A stretch of 64,000 nt of DNA from Eledone cirrhosa (Eukaryota). Positions 38,473 to 51,744 of the stretch are shown in pieces. The stretch lies in contig OZ024742.1 of assembly GCA_964016885.1 (NCBI GenBank), forward strand, positions 198,772,001 to 198,836,000, read 5' to 3'. The position numbers were made by a program, and so were the translations under genes. Every line of letters begins with the position of its first letter. The stretch's first letter is position 1. The notes under the pieces are model-generated. The model did no database searches. It worked only from the letters and a program-made list of their open reading frames with translations, and was not told the origin of the DNA.

Positions 38473-40881
38473 GTGACCTACATTCCGCGGGCTCACATAC
38501 ATTCTCTGTGCGTGATTTGGTTCAGTTCAGCCAATCAGCGCCAGTAGAAGAGGATGTATCCCTACGCGCCCTGAGGAAGAAATTCACCGCGAAGATTTGA
38601 AGAATCTCGCTCTTGTACCGAAACTTCAAGCCAGCAACACGCATAATGTAATAGTGAGATATTGTACCACTAGCCTCGCCGGCTTAACGGCGCAATGGCA
38701 CATTCCATTTTGTAACCTCTTTTTATCTGTAACTTCAACCATATAAATAAACAAACATTGCATCTCTAATTACTGCGGTTGAAGTCGTTATTATGTTTAC
38801 TCGTGTCTCAATGACATCTTTAATCCATGCTGCTGGAATTGGCGACCTGACGAAAGGAATATTGTAAATAGATGGTAAATAGATCGAGGGACCTTCCCTC
38901 ACGTCTATGTCAACAAGATAATCCAACGAGGATACTATCACTTACCACACTGGCAACTAACGACCACTGATTCTACCACCCCGCTAAAGTGGCGATAACA
39001 TCTATAACCAATACTGCTAAAGTGGTGACCGACGTAAGAATATCACGCAGCCCTTCTTATTCATTCAGTTTAACTTTTATTGCCACGTCGCAACTTGCGA
39101 AAATCCAGAATATTCCTTTTAAGATTTTTGAAAAATTGGCAGTATTTCAAAAACTTTTTCGCTACGAAAAAATTTCAAGATGGCTACCGACATGTCATGG
39201 CTACGCTTGACAACAACAATGACAGCAGTAGCGACAGCGTTGTTTAACCACTGACCAATACAGGGAACAGTGAGTGGCAGCTTCATAACCTTACCAACGC
39301 CAACCACCACACATCGGAAATTTCAAAACGGCTTGTAACTTTACCGACGCAACCACCATACCTTCTGTCTCGTTACCACAGGGACGCGAGAAATTGAGAC
39401 AGTAGTTTTCTCACCATTATGCCGTCAGACGTGACTGCCATATTTGGTGACTCCTAATCTACAGAAGATTCTTTGACTTTGCTTTAACAATAAGAAACAC
39501 AACCGTGTGGCGGGACGGGAAAATGGCCACGAAATCTCACAAAAACACCATACATCTAACCCCTAACGGCATTAACAAACTTCTTTTTCAGTTTTCAGAT
39601 CGAACTAGTGTCTGTACACTGGTGATGTGTGAACTATTTGACTTTGAAAAACTTTGAACTTATTGAGCAATTTCTCTGCTCCCCTAGATTGACTTTGAAT
39701 TATCAGTTTGTTACATTCACATATTTCTTTGTAGAATGCATTTACTTGTTTTGTGCTCTTTTGCTATTTGCTTGCTCATGGTTTTTGTTCATTCACATTC
39801 TTTGCTGTTTTACATGCCTGCATATGCACACATTTTTTTTTATCACACACCAACATGTTGTTCTTGGTATATGTTCTTCAAACGTAATATTCTGCGAGTC
39901 CCTTTTCACCTGGTTGAGATGCTGGCAGCTCACAGAGCTTAATCCACTGGATTCAAACGGTCACCGCAACACGAGAATACTAATTGCCGCTGAACTCAAA
40001 CAGCTTCGCATCTCGTTGCACACTGATCGTCCATAACGGCCATCCGTATTGTTGTTTTTGCCCGACTCGCTGGGAAAGCAACAAGTTGAACTGGACTTGT
40101 CAACATTTCGGCCACTTCTGTGGATTCGCCCAAATTATGGAATTTACACTGCAACCCACCTACAAATTAAACTTGCCTTTTGTTCTTTACAAAGCAACCA
40201 GCCATTTTTTCCTGGCTCCACAGCACATTCGACAATACATCTGGGGGCCATCATTTTCTCGCCAGCACTGGTAAACTACCATAATAGCTTCGTTCACAGC
40301 TACTGGTACAACGCTTACCATTAACATTTAATGCAAGAACAGCAACTTCGCCCATGTCAGACTTTATCCGTTTTTTGTTAGACCTTTGGCGGTCACGTAT
40401 AAACAACAAAACAACTGGTCATTTGACACAGCGGCTCAACACGGCCCGTAGCGCCTCATTTTTGTTCTTGCATGCGACCTTCTGCTCAATTATTTTTTTC
40501 ACTGATGTGCTCTTTCAGCATTTGTTCTTGTTGATTTAATATGTGAGTCCTTGGTTTCTTCGTTATCGATTTTCGGCTGAAAATCTGGTTGGAGGTGATG
40601 TAGTGACCTACATTCCGCGGGCTCACATACATTCTCTGTGCGTGATTTGGCTCAGTTCAGCCAATCAGCGCCAGTAGAAGAGGATGTATCCCTACGCGCC
40701 CTGAGGAAGAAATTCACCGCGAAGATTTGAAGAATCTCGCTCTTGTACCGGAAACTTCAAGCCAGCAACACGCATAATGTAATAGTGAGATATTGCCACA
40801 CTTAACACACTGGCAACTAACGACCACTGATTCTACCACCCCGCTAAAGTGGCGATAACATCTATAACTAATACTGCTAAA
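38473..40881 (+). mobile_element. Non-autonomous LTR retroelement A (copy 1)
   Basis: 5' LTR 38473-39021 (first bases lost), PBS TGGTGACCGACGT at 39023-39035, PPT GGTTGGAGGTGA, 3' LTR 40599-40881 (TGTAG...GCTAAA, ~270-bp internal deletion). No pol. Confidence 0.9.
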
Positions 40882-43800
40882 ACATTTTTGATAGAAATGC
40901 CCTCAAAATGTCAACATAATGACATATTTGATAGAAATGCCGTCAAAGTTGCAACATAATAAGATTTTCGATAGATATGCCGTCAAAATGTCAACATAAT
41001 GATCTTTTTGATAGAAATGCCATCAAAGTGTTAACATAATGACATTTTTTATAGAAATGCGGTAAAAATGTCAACATAATGAGATTTTCGAGAGAAATGC
41101 CGTCAAAATGTCAACATAATGGCCCTTTTCATAGAAATGCCGTCAAAATGTCAACATAATGGCCCTTTTCATAGAAATGCCGTGCAAATAAATAGATAAT
41201 GAGATTTTTGATAGATATGCCGTCAAAATGACACCATAATGAGATTTTTGATAAGAAATGCTCCCAAAATGTTAACATAATGACATTTTTTATAGAAATG
41301 CCGTTAAAATGTCAACATAATGACATTTTTTAGAGAAATGCCGTCAAACTCTCAACATAATGACATGTTTTAGAGAAATGCCCTCAAACTCTCAACATAA
41401 TTAGATTTTTTATACATATGTCGTCAAAATGTCAACCTAATAAGATTTTTGATAGATATGCAGTCAAAATGTCAACAAATGAGATTTTCGATAGAAATGC
41501 CGTTAAAATGTCAACATAATGACATTTATAATAGAAATGAAGTCAAAATGTCAACATAATGAGATTTTCGATAGAAATAGCGTCAAAATGACAAATTAAG
41601 ATTTTCGATAGAAATGCCGTTAAAATGTCAACATAATGATATTTCTGATAGAAATGCCGTCAAAATATCAGCATATTAAGATTTTGATAGATATGCCGAC
41701 AAAATGTCAACATAATGACTATTTTGATAGAAATGCCGTCAAAATGTCACCATAATGAGATTTTTGATAGAAATGCTCCCAAAATGTTAACATAATGATA
41801 TTTTTGAGAGAAATGCCGTCAAAATGTCAACATAATGACATTTTTTAGAGAAATGCCGTCAAACTCTCAACATAATTAGATTTTTTATACATATGTCGTC
41901 AAAATGTCAACATAATAAGATTTTTGATAGATATACAGTCAAAATGTCAACATAATGAGATTTTCGATAGAAATGCCGTTAAAATGTCAACATAATGACA
42001 TTTATAATAGAAATGAAGTCAAAATGTCAACATAATGAGATTTTCGATAGAAAAAGCGTCAAAATGTCAAATTAAGATTTTCGATAGAAATGCCGTTAAA
42101 ATGTCAACATAATGATATTTCTGATAGAAATGCCGTCAAAATATCAGCATATTAAGATTTTGATAGATATGCCGACAAAATGTCAACATAATGACATTTT
42201 TGATAGAAATGCCGTCAAAATGTTAAAATAATGAGATCTACGATAGAAATGTTTTCAAAACGTTGACATGATGAAATTTTTTTATAGAAATGCCCTCAAA
42301 ATATCAACATAATGACATGTTTTAGAGAAATGCCCTCAAACTCTCAACATAATTAGATTTTTTATACATATGTCGTCAAAATGTCAACATAATAAGATTT
42401 TTGATAGATATGCAGTCAAAATGTCAACATAATGAGATTTTCGATAGAAATGCCGTTAAAATGTCAACATAATGATATTTCTGATAGAAATGCCGTCAAA
42501 ATATCAGCATATTAAGATTTTGATAGATATGCCGACAAAATGTCAACATAATGACTATTTTGATAGAAATGCCGTCAAAATGTCACCATAATGAGATTGT
42601 TGATAGAAATGCTCCCAAAATGTTAACATAATGATATTTTTGAGAGAAATGCCGTCAAAATGTCAACATAATGACATTTTTTAGAGAAATGCCGTCAAAC
42701 TCTCAACATAATTAGATTTTTTATACATATGTCGTCAAAATGTCAACATAATAAGATTTTTGATAGATATACAGTCAAAATGTCAACATAATGAGATTTT
42801 CGATAGAAATGCCGTTAAAATGTCAACATAATGACATTTATAATAGAAATGAAGTCAAAATGTCAACATAATGAGATTTTCGATAGAAAAAGCGTCAAAA
42901 TGTCAAATTAAGATTTTCGATAGAAATGCCGTTAAAATGTCAACATAATGATATTTCTGATAGAAATGCCGTCAAAATATCAGCATATTAAGATTTTGAT
43001 AGATATGCCGACAAAATGTCAACATAATGACATTTTTGATAGAAATGCCGTCAAAATGTTAAAATAATGAGATCTACGATAGAAATGTTTTCAAAACGTT
43101 AACATGATGAAATTTTTTTATAGAAATGCCCTCAAAATATCAACATAATGACATGTTTTAGAGAAATGCCCTCAAACTCTCAACATAATTAGATTTTTTA
43201 TACATATGTCGTCAAAATGTCAACATAATAAGATTTTTGATAGATATGCAGTCAAAATGTCAACATAATGAGATTTTCGATAGAAATGCCGTTAAAATGT
43301 CAACATAATGATATTTATAATAGAAATGAAGTCAAAATGTCAACATAATGAGATTTTTGATAGAAATAGCGTCAAAATATCAAATTAAGATTTTCGATAG
43401 AAATGCCGTTAAAATGTCAACATAATGATATTTCTGATAGAAATGCCGTCAAAATATCAGCATATTAAGATTTTGATAGATATGCCGACAAAATGTCAAC
43501 ATAATGACATTTTTGATAGAAATGCCGTCAAAATGTCAAAATAGTGAGATCTACGATAGAAATGCCTTCAAAGCGTCAACATGAAATTTTTTATAGAAAT
43601 GCCCTCAAAATGTCAACATAATGATATTTTTTATAGAAATGCCGCCAAAAAGTCAACATAATGACATTTATGATATAAATGCAGTCAAAATGCCAACATA
43701 ATGAGATTTTCGAAAGAAATACCGTCAAAATGTTAACATAAGATTTTCGATTGAAATGCCGTCAAAATGTCAACATACTGAGATTTATAATAGAAATGAA

Positions 43801-44296
43801 GTCAAAATGTCAACATAATGAGATTTTCGACAAAAATGCCGTCGCAATGTCAACATAATGACATTTTTGATAGAAATGCCCTCAAAATGTCAACATAATG
43901 ACATATTTGATAGAAATGCCGTCAAAGTCCCAACATAATAAGATTTTCGATAGGTATGCCGTCAAAATGTCAACATAATGATCTTTTTGATAGAAATGCC
44001 ATCAAAGTGTGAACATAATGACATTTTTTATAGAAATGCGGTAAAAATGTCAACATAATGACATTTTTGAGATAAATGCCGTCAAAATGTCAACATAATG
44101 ATATTTTTTATAGAAATGCCGTAAAAATGTCAACATAATGAGATTTTCGATAGAAATGCCGTCAAAATGTCAATATAATGAGATTATCGATAAAAATTAC
44201 ATCAAAATGTTAACATAAAGAGATTTTCGATAGAAATGCCGACAAAATGTCAACATACTGAGATTTTTTATAGAAATGCTGCCAAAATGTTAACAT

Positions 44297-47093
44297 TGTA
44301 GTAACTATGGCGACAGTGTGTTGACTATAGCAACACAGTGTCGCCACCTGTGGGTAACACAAAAAAATAGCGAATTACTTCCCTTATCTCGGCGTTCTCT
44401 AAAAGAAGAGACGACAATGTAAAACTCAAGAGATTTGGGTTTCAATTCCAGTCGCCTTTGTCCTGCCACGTGGACGTACTTTGTAACAACGCCTGTTTTT
44501 GACCAAGAGATTTTGATATCTCTTCTTGAATGTAAGAATTAAGCCATTGCCGTTTAGCTTGCAGGGTATGTCCTATGAATGTAATTATTATGTTGTGTTT
44601 TATTAAATGAATCATTTAATAAAAGATTAGCCTTGTTATCGTTAAAGCCCTTCTGTTTTAATTAATAATCTTAGAGAGATGAGATGTCGTTCACACACCT
44701 GGACGATATATCATTTTTGTAAACTGGTGACCGACGTAAGAATTTTACGCAGCCTTTTTATTCAGTTGAACTTCACTATTATTACCACGTTGCCAACCTT
44801 TTCGCAACTTACGAAAATACAAAATATTCCTTTTAAAATTTAAAAAAAAATTAGCAGTATTTCAAAAACTTTTCGCCACGAGGAAATTTCAAAATGGCTA
44901 CCGACAAGTCCTGTCTACAATCAACAACAGCAGCGACAACACATGGCTAACTATTAACCAACACCAGGGAATGGCTTATAACTTTACCGACGCAACCACC
45001 ATACCTTCTGTCTCGTTACCACAAGGACTCGAGAAATTAAGACATTAGTCTTCTCACCATTATGGCGTCAGACGTGGCTGCCATATTGGTGACTCTAGGT
45101 TCTTCAACGCTAGACTTCGACTCTACAGAAGATTCATTGTGACTTTGTCTTAACAGCAACAACAACTCTACTAGCTCCCTAGTAAGGGCGATCCCAAAGA
45201 AAAGAAAAGCGAACTTTTTGTTAAAAGAAAAGAAACAATTCTTTCTTTCTTCCTTTTTTTTCAGGCATTTATTTTAGACATTTTTTTTTCTTCCGATACG
45301 GCTTCCTGCAATACAAACAAGCAACACAACCTTATGTCACACAAGGTGGCAGGACGGTAAAATGGCCACGAAAACTCTCAAAAACAATATACATCTAATC
45401 CCTAGTGGCATTAACAAACTTCTTTTTCAGTTTTCAGATAGAACTAGTGTCAGAAAGTCTGTACACTGGTGATGTGTGAACTATTTGACTTTGAAAAACT
45501 TTGAACTTATCATTTAGCATTAATTTCTCTGCTCCCTTATATTGACTTTGAATTATCAGTTTGTTACATTCACATATTTCTTTGTAAAATGCATTTACTT
45601 GTTTTGTGCTCTTTTGCTATTTGCTTGCTCATGGTTTTTGTTCATTCACATTCTTTGCTGTTTTACATGCCTGCATAAGCACACATTTCTTTATCACACA
45701 CCAACATGTTGTTCTTGGTATATATTCTTCAAACGCAATATTCTGCGAGATCCCTTTTCACCTGGTTGAGGTGCCGTCACATGCTAGCGACTCATAGAGC
45801 TTAATTCACCTGGATTCAAACAGGCACCGCAACACGAGAATGCTAATTGCAGCTGAACTCAAACAGTTTCGCATCTCGTTGCACACCCATCGTCCATAAC
45901 AACCTCTATGTTGTTACCTTACCCAACTCACTGGGAAAACAACAAATAGAACTGAACTTGTCAGCATTTCCACCACTTCTGTGGATTCGCCTGAATTATG
46001 GAACTGCAACCCACCTACAGATTCAACTTGCTTTTTTTTCTTTTCAAAGCAACCATCCATTTTTTCCTGGCTCCCTAGCACATTCGGCAATACATCTGGG
46101 AGGCCAACATTTTCTCGCCTACCTATCATCTTCTTGCCAGCACTAGTAAACTACCATAATAGGTTCATCCACAGCTACTGGTACAGCACTTACCATTAAC
46201 ATTTAATGCAAGAACAGCAACTTCGCCCATGTCAGACTTTATCCGTTTTCTGTTAGACCTTTGGTGGTCACGTATAAACTACAAAACAGCTAGTCATTTG
46301 ACACAGCGGCTCAACGCGGCCCTTAGCGCCTCATTTTTTTTCTTGCATGCATCCTTCTGCTCAATTATTTTTTCACTGATGTGCTCTTTCAGCATTGTTC
46401 TTGCTGATTCAATAATCTGTATCGACTTCCGCAGGCGACATCAAGTTATGGTTTTTGCAGCTTGAATGCTATTTTGATTTAACATATTTCACCTCTATAT
46501 TGTTCGTTTTGAAACCGGTTTCAACAACTTGTAAAGAGTACCTTGTAAGGCTTTGGCTTCATTGTTATATACTACAGGAATTTTTCTTGCACCAATTTAC
46601 AACTTCTAGTTCCTCCATGCTATCGTTTGTTTTACGATTTTTATTAAAAATCTGATCGGAGGTGATTGTAGTAACTATGGCGACAGTGTGTTGACTATAG
46701 CAACGCAGTGTCGCCACCTGTGGGTAACACAAAAAAATAGCGAATTACTTCCCTTATCTCGGCGTTCTCTAAAAGAAGAGACGACAATGTAAAACTCAAG
46801 AGATTTGGTTTTCAATTCCACTCGCCTTTGTCCTGCCACGTGGACGTACTTTGTAACAACGTCTGTTTTTGACCAAGAGATTTTCATATCTCTTCTTGAA
46901 AGTAAGAATTAAGCCATTGCCGTTTAGCTTGCAGGGTATGTCCTATGAATGTAATTATTATGTTGTGTTTTATTAAATGAATCATTTAATAAAAGATTAG
47001 CCTTGTTATCGTTAAAGCCCTTCTGTTTTAATTAATAATCTTAGAGAGATGAGATGTCGTTCACACACATGGACGATATATCATTTTTGTAAA
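44297..47093 (+). mobile_element. Non-autonomous LTR retroelement B (copy 1)
   Basis: 427-bp LTRs at 44297-44723 and 46667-47093 (TGTAG...TGTAAA, about 7 substitutions). PBS TGGTGACCGACGT at 44725-44737, PPT GATCGGAGGTGAT, 4-bp TSD ACAT. Confidence 0.95.
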
Positions 47094-50000
47094 ACATAAT
47101 GACATTTTTGAGAGAAATGCCGTCAAAATGTCATCATAATGACATTTTTTAGAGAAATGCCGTCAAAATCTCAACATAATCAGATTTTTTATACATATGT
47201 CGTCAAAATGTCAACATAATGACATTTTTTTATATAAGTGCCGTCAAAATGTCAACATAATAACATTTTTGATAGAAATGCAGTCAAAATGTCAACATAA
47301 TGAGATTTTCGATAGAAATACCGTCAAAATGTCAACATAAGATTTTCGATAGAAATGCCGTCAAAATGTCAACATACTGAGATTTTGGATGGATAGAAAT
47401 GCCGTTTAAATGTCAACATAATGTAATTTTCGATCGAAATGCCGTCACAATGTCAATATAATGATATTTTTTATAGAAATTCCGTCTAAATGTCAACATA
47501 ATGATAATTTCGATAGAAATGCAATCGAAATGTCAACATAATGAGTTTCTTTTATAGAAATCCGCTCAAAATATCACCATAATAAGAGTTTTGATAAAAA
47601 TGCTGATAAAACGAAAACAAAATGAAATTTTCGAGAGAAATGTCGTGAAAATGTCAATATAATATGATATTCGATAGAAATGGAGTCAAAATATCAACAT
47701 AATAACATTTATTATAGAAATGCCGTCAAAATCTGAACATAATCAAATTTTTTATAGATATGCCGTCAAAATGTCAACATAAGGAGATTTTCGATATAAA
47801 TGCCGTCAAATAGTCAACATAATGAGATTTTCGATAGAAATGCCGTTAAAATGTCCACATAATGATATTTCTGATAGAAATGCCGTCAAAACATCAGCAT
47901 ATTAAGATTTTGATAGATATGCCAACAAAATGTCAACATAATGACATTTTTTATAGAAATGCCGTCAAAATGTCAAAATAATGAGATCTATGATAGAAAT
48001 GCCTTCAAAACGTCAACATGTTGAACTTTTTTTTATAGAATTGCCCTCAAAATGTCAACATAATGACATTTTTTATAGAAACGCCGTCAAAATGTCAACA
48101 TCATGAGATTTTCGACAGATATTCCGTCAAAATGTCAACATAATGACATTTCTGATAAAAATAACGTGTAAATATCAGCATATGAAGATTTTTGATAGAT
48201 ATGACGACAAAATGTCAACATAATGACATTTTTGATAGAAATGCCGTCAAAATGTCAAAATAATCAGATTTATGATAGAAATGCCTTCAAAACGTCAACA
48301 TAATGAAATGTTTTATAGAAATGCCCTAAAAATGTCAATATAATGATAATTTTCATAGAAATGCCGTAAAAATGTCAACATAATGAGATATTCGATAGAA
48401 ATGCCGTCAAAATGTCAATATAATGAGATTATCGATAAAAATTACATCAAAATGTTAACATAAAGAGATTTTCGATAAAAAAAGCCGTCAAAATGTTAAC
48501 ATACTGAGATTTTGGATAGAAACGCCGTCAAAATGTCAACATAATGAGATTTTTGATAGAAATGCGGTCACAATGTCAACATAATGAGATTTTGGATAGA
48601 AATGCCGTCAAAATGTCAACATAATGAGATTTTCGATAGAAGTGTAGGCAAAATATCAACATAATGAGATTATCGATAGAAATGCCGTCAAAATGTCAAC
48701 ATAATGGCACTTTTCCTAGAAATGCTGTCAAAATATCAACATAATGAGATTTATGATAGAAATGCCGTAAAAATGTCAACATAATGAAATTTTCGACAAA
48801 AATGCCGTCACTATGTTAACATAATGACATTTTTTATAGAAATGCCTTCAAAATGTCAACATAATGAGATTTTCGATAGAAATGCCGTCAAAAAGTCAAC
48901 ATAATGAGATTTATGATAGAAATGCAGTCAAAATGTCCACATAATGTGATTTTCGAAAGAAATACCGTCAAAATGTCAACATAAGATTGTCGATAGAAAT
49001 ACCGTCAAAATGTCAACATATTGAGATATTCGACAAAAATGCCGTCACATTGTCAACATAATGATTTTTTTAATAGAAATGCCCTGAAAATGTGAACATA
49101 ATGACATATTTTATAGAAATTCGCTAAAAATGTCAACATAATGAGATTTTCGATAGAAATGCTGTTAAAATGTCAACATAATAACATTTTTGATAGATAT
49201 GCAGTCAAAATGTCAACATAATGAGATTTTCGATAGAAATGCCGTTAAAATGTCAACATAATGACATTTATGATAGAAATGCAGTAAAATTGTCAACATA
49301 ATGAGAATTTCGATGGAAATACCGTCAAAATGTCAACGTAAGTTTTTCGATAGAAATGCCGTTAAAATGTCAACATACTGAGATTTTGGATGGATAGAAA
49401 TGCCGTTGAAATATCAACATAATGTAATTTTCGATAGAAATGCCGTCAAAATGTCAACATAATGATAATTTCGATAGAAATGGAATCAAAATGTCAACAT
49501 AATGAGTTTTTCTTTATAGAAATGCGCTCAAAATATCACCATAATGAGAGTTTTGATAAAAATGCCGAAAAAACGGAAACAAAATGAAATTTTCGAGAGA
49601 AATGCCATCAAAATGTCAACATAATGACATATTTGATAGAAATGCCGTCAAAGTTGCAACATAATAAGATTTTTGATAGATATGCCGTCAAAATGTCAAC
49701 ATAATGATCTTTTTGATAGAAATGCCATCAAAGTGTTAACATAATGACATTTTTATAGAAATGCGGTAAAAATGTCAACATAATGAGATTTTCGAGAGAA
49801 ATGCCGCCAAAATGTCAACATAATGAGGTTTTCGACAAAAATGCCGACACTATGTTAACATAATGACATTTTTTATAGAAATGCCTTCAAAATGTCAACA
49901 TAATGAGATTTTCGATAGAAATGCCGTCAAAAAGTCAACATAATGAGATTTATGATAGAAATGCAGTCAAAATGTCCACATAATGAGATTTTCGAAAGAA

Positions 50001-51744
50001 ATATCGTCAAAATGTCAACATAGGATTGTCGATAGAAATACCGTCAAAATGTCAACATATGGAGATATTCGACAAAAATGCCGTCACATTGTCAACATAA
50101 TGACATTTTTGGTAGAAATGCCCTCAAAATGTCAAAATAATGACATATTTCATAGAAATTCGCTAAAAATGTCAACATAATGAGATTTTCGATAGAAATG
50201 CTGTTAAAATGTCAACATAATGACATTTATGATAGAAATTCAGTAAAAATGTCAACATAATGAGAATTTCGATGGAAATACCGTCAAAATGTCAACATAA
50301 GTTTTTCGATAGAAATGCCGTCAAAATGTCAACATACTGAGATTTTGGATGGATAGAAATGCCGTTGAAATGTCAACATAATGTAATTTTCGATAGAAAT
50401 GCCCTCAAAATGTCAATATAATGATATTTTTTATAGAAATTCCGTCAAAATGTCAACATAATGATAATTTCGATAGAAATGGAATCGAAATGTCAACATA
50501 ATGAGTTTTTTATTTATAGAAATGGGCTCAAAATATCACCATAATGAGAGTTTTGATAAAAATGCCGAAAAAACGGAAACAAAATGAAATTTTCGGGAGA
50601 AATGCCGTGAAAATGTCAATATAATATGATATTCGATAGAAATGGAGTCAAAATATCAACATAATGACATTTTTTATAGAAATGCCGTCAAAATGTCAAA
50701 ATAATGAGATCTATGATCGAACTGGCTTCAAAACGTCAACATAATGATATTTTTCTTAGAAATGCCGTAAAAATGTCAACATAATGAGATTTTCGATAGA
50801 AATGCCGTCAAAATGTCAATATAATGAGATTATCGATAATAATTACATCAAAATGTTAACATAAAGAGATTTTCGATAGAAACGCCGTCAAAATGTCAAC
50901 ATAATGAGATTTTCGATCGAAATGCAGTCACAATGTCAACATGAGATTTTCGATAGAAATGACGTCAAAATGTCAACATAATGACTTTTTTTCATAGAAA
51001 TGCCGTCAAAATCTCATCATAATGAGATTTTTGATAGAAATGCCGTCAAAATGTCAACATAATGACATTTGTTATAAAAATGCTCTCAAAATGTCAACAT
51101 ACTGACATTTTTGAAAGAAATGCCGTCAAAATGTCAACATAGTGAGAGTTATAATAGAAATGCCGACAAAACGTCAACATAATGAGATTTTCGATAGAAA
51201 TGCCGTCAAAATGTCAACATAATGACATTTCGATTTCGATAGAAATGCCGTCGAAATGTCAACATAATGAGTTTATTATAGAAATGCCATCGAAATGTTA
51301 ACCTAATGAGTTTTTCTATAGAAATGCAGGCAAAATCTCAACAATGATAATTCTGATAGAAATGCCGTCAAAATGTCAAAATATTGAGATCTATGATAGA
51401 AATGCCTTCAAAATTTTTTATAGAAATGCCCTCAAAATATCAACATAATGATATTTTTTATAGAAATACCGTCAAAAAGTCAACATAATGACATTTATGA
51501 TAGAAATGCAGTCAAAATGTCAACATAATGAGATTTTAGAAAGAAATACCGTCAAAATGTTAACATAAGATTTTCGATAGAAATGCCGTCAAAATGTCAA
51601 CATACTGAGATTTTGGATAGAAATGCCGTCAAAATGTCAACATAATGAGATTTTCGAAAAAAATGCCGTCGTAATGTCAACATAATGACATTTTTGATAG
51701 AAATGCCCTCAAAATGTCAACATAATGACATATTTGATAGAAAT

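Noticed and set aside
39629-40539. Plus-strand ORFs in A/B internals as an env-like or accessory gene
   Set aside because: Short and overlapping, with frames not conserved between A and B and no recognisable domain.
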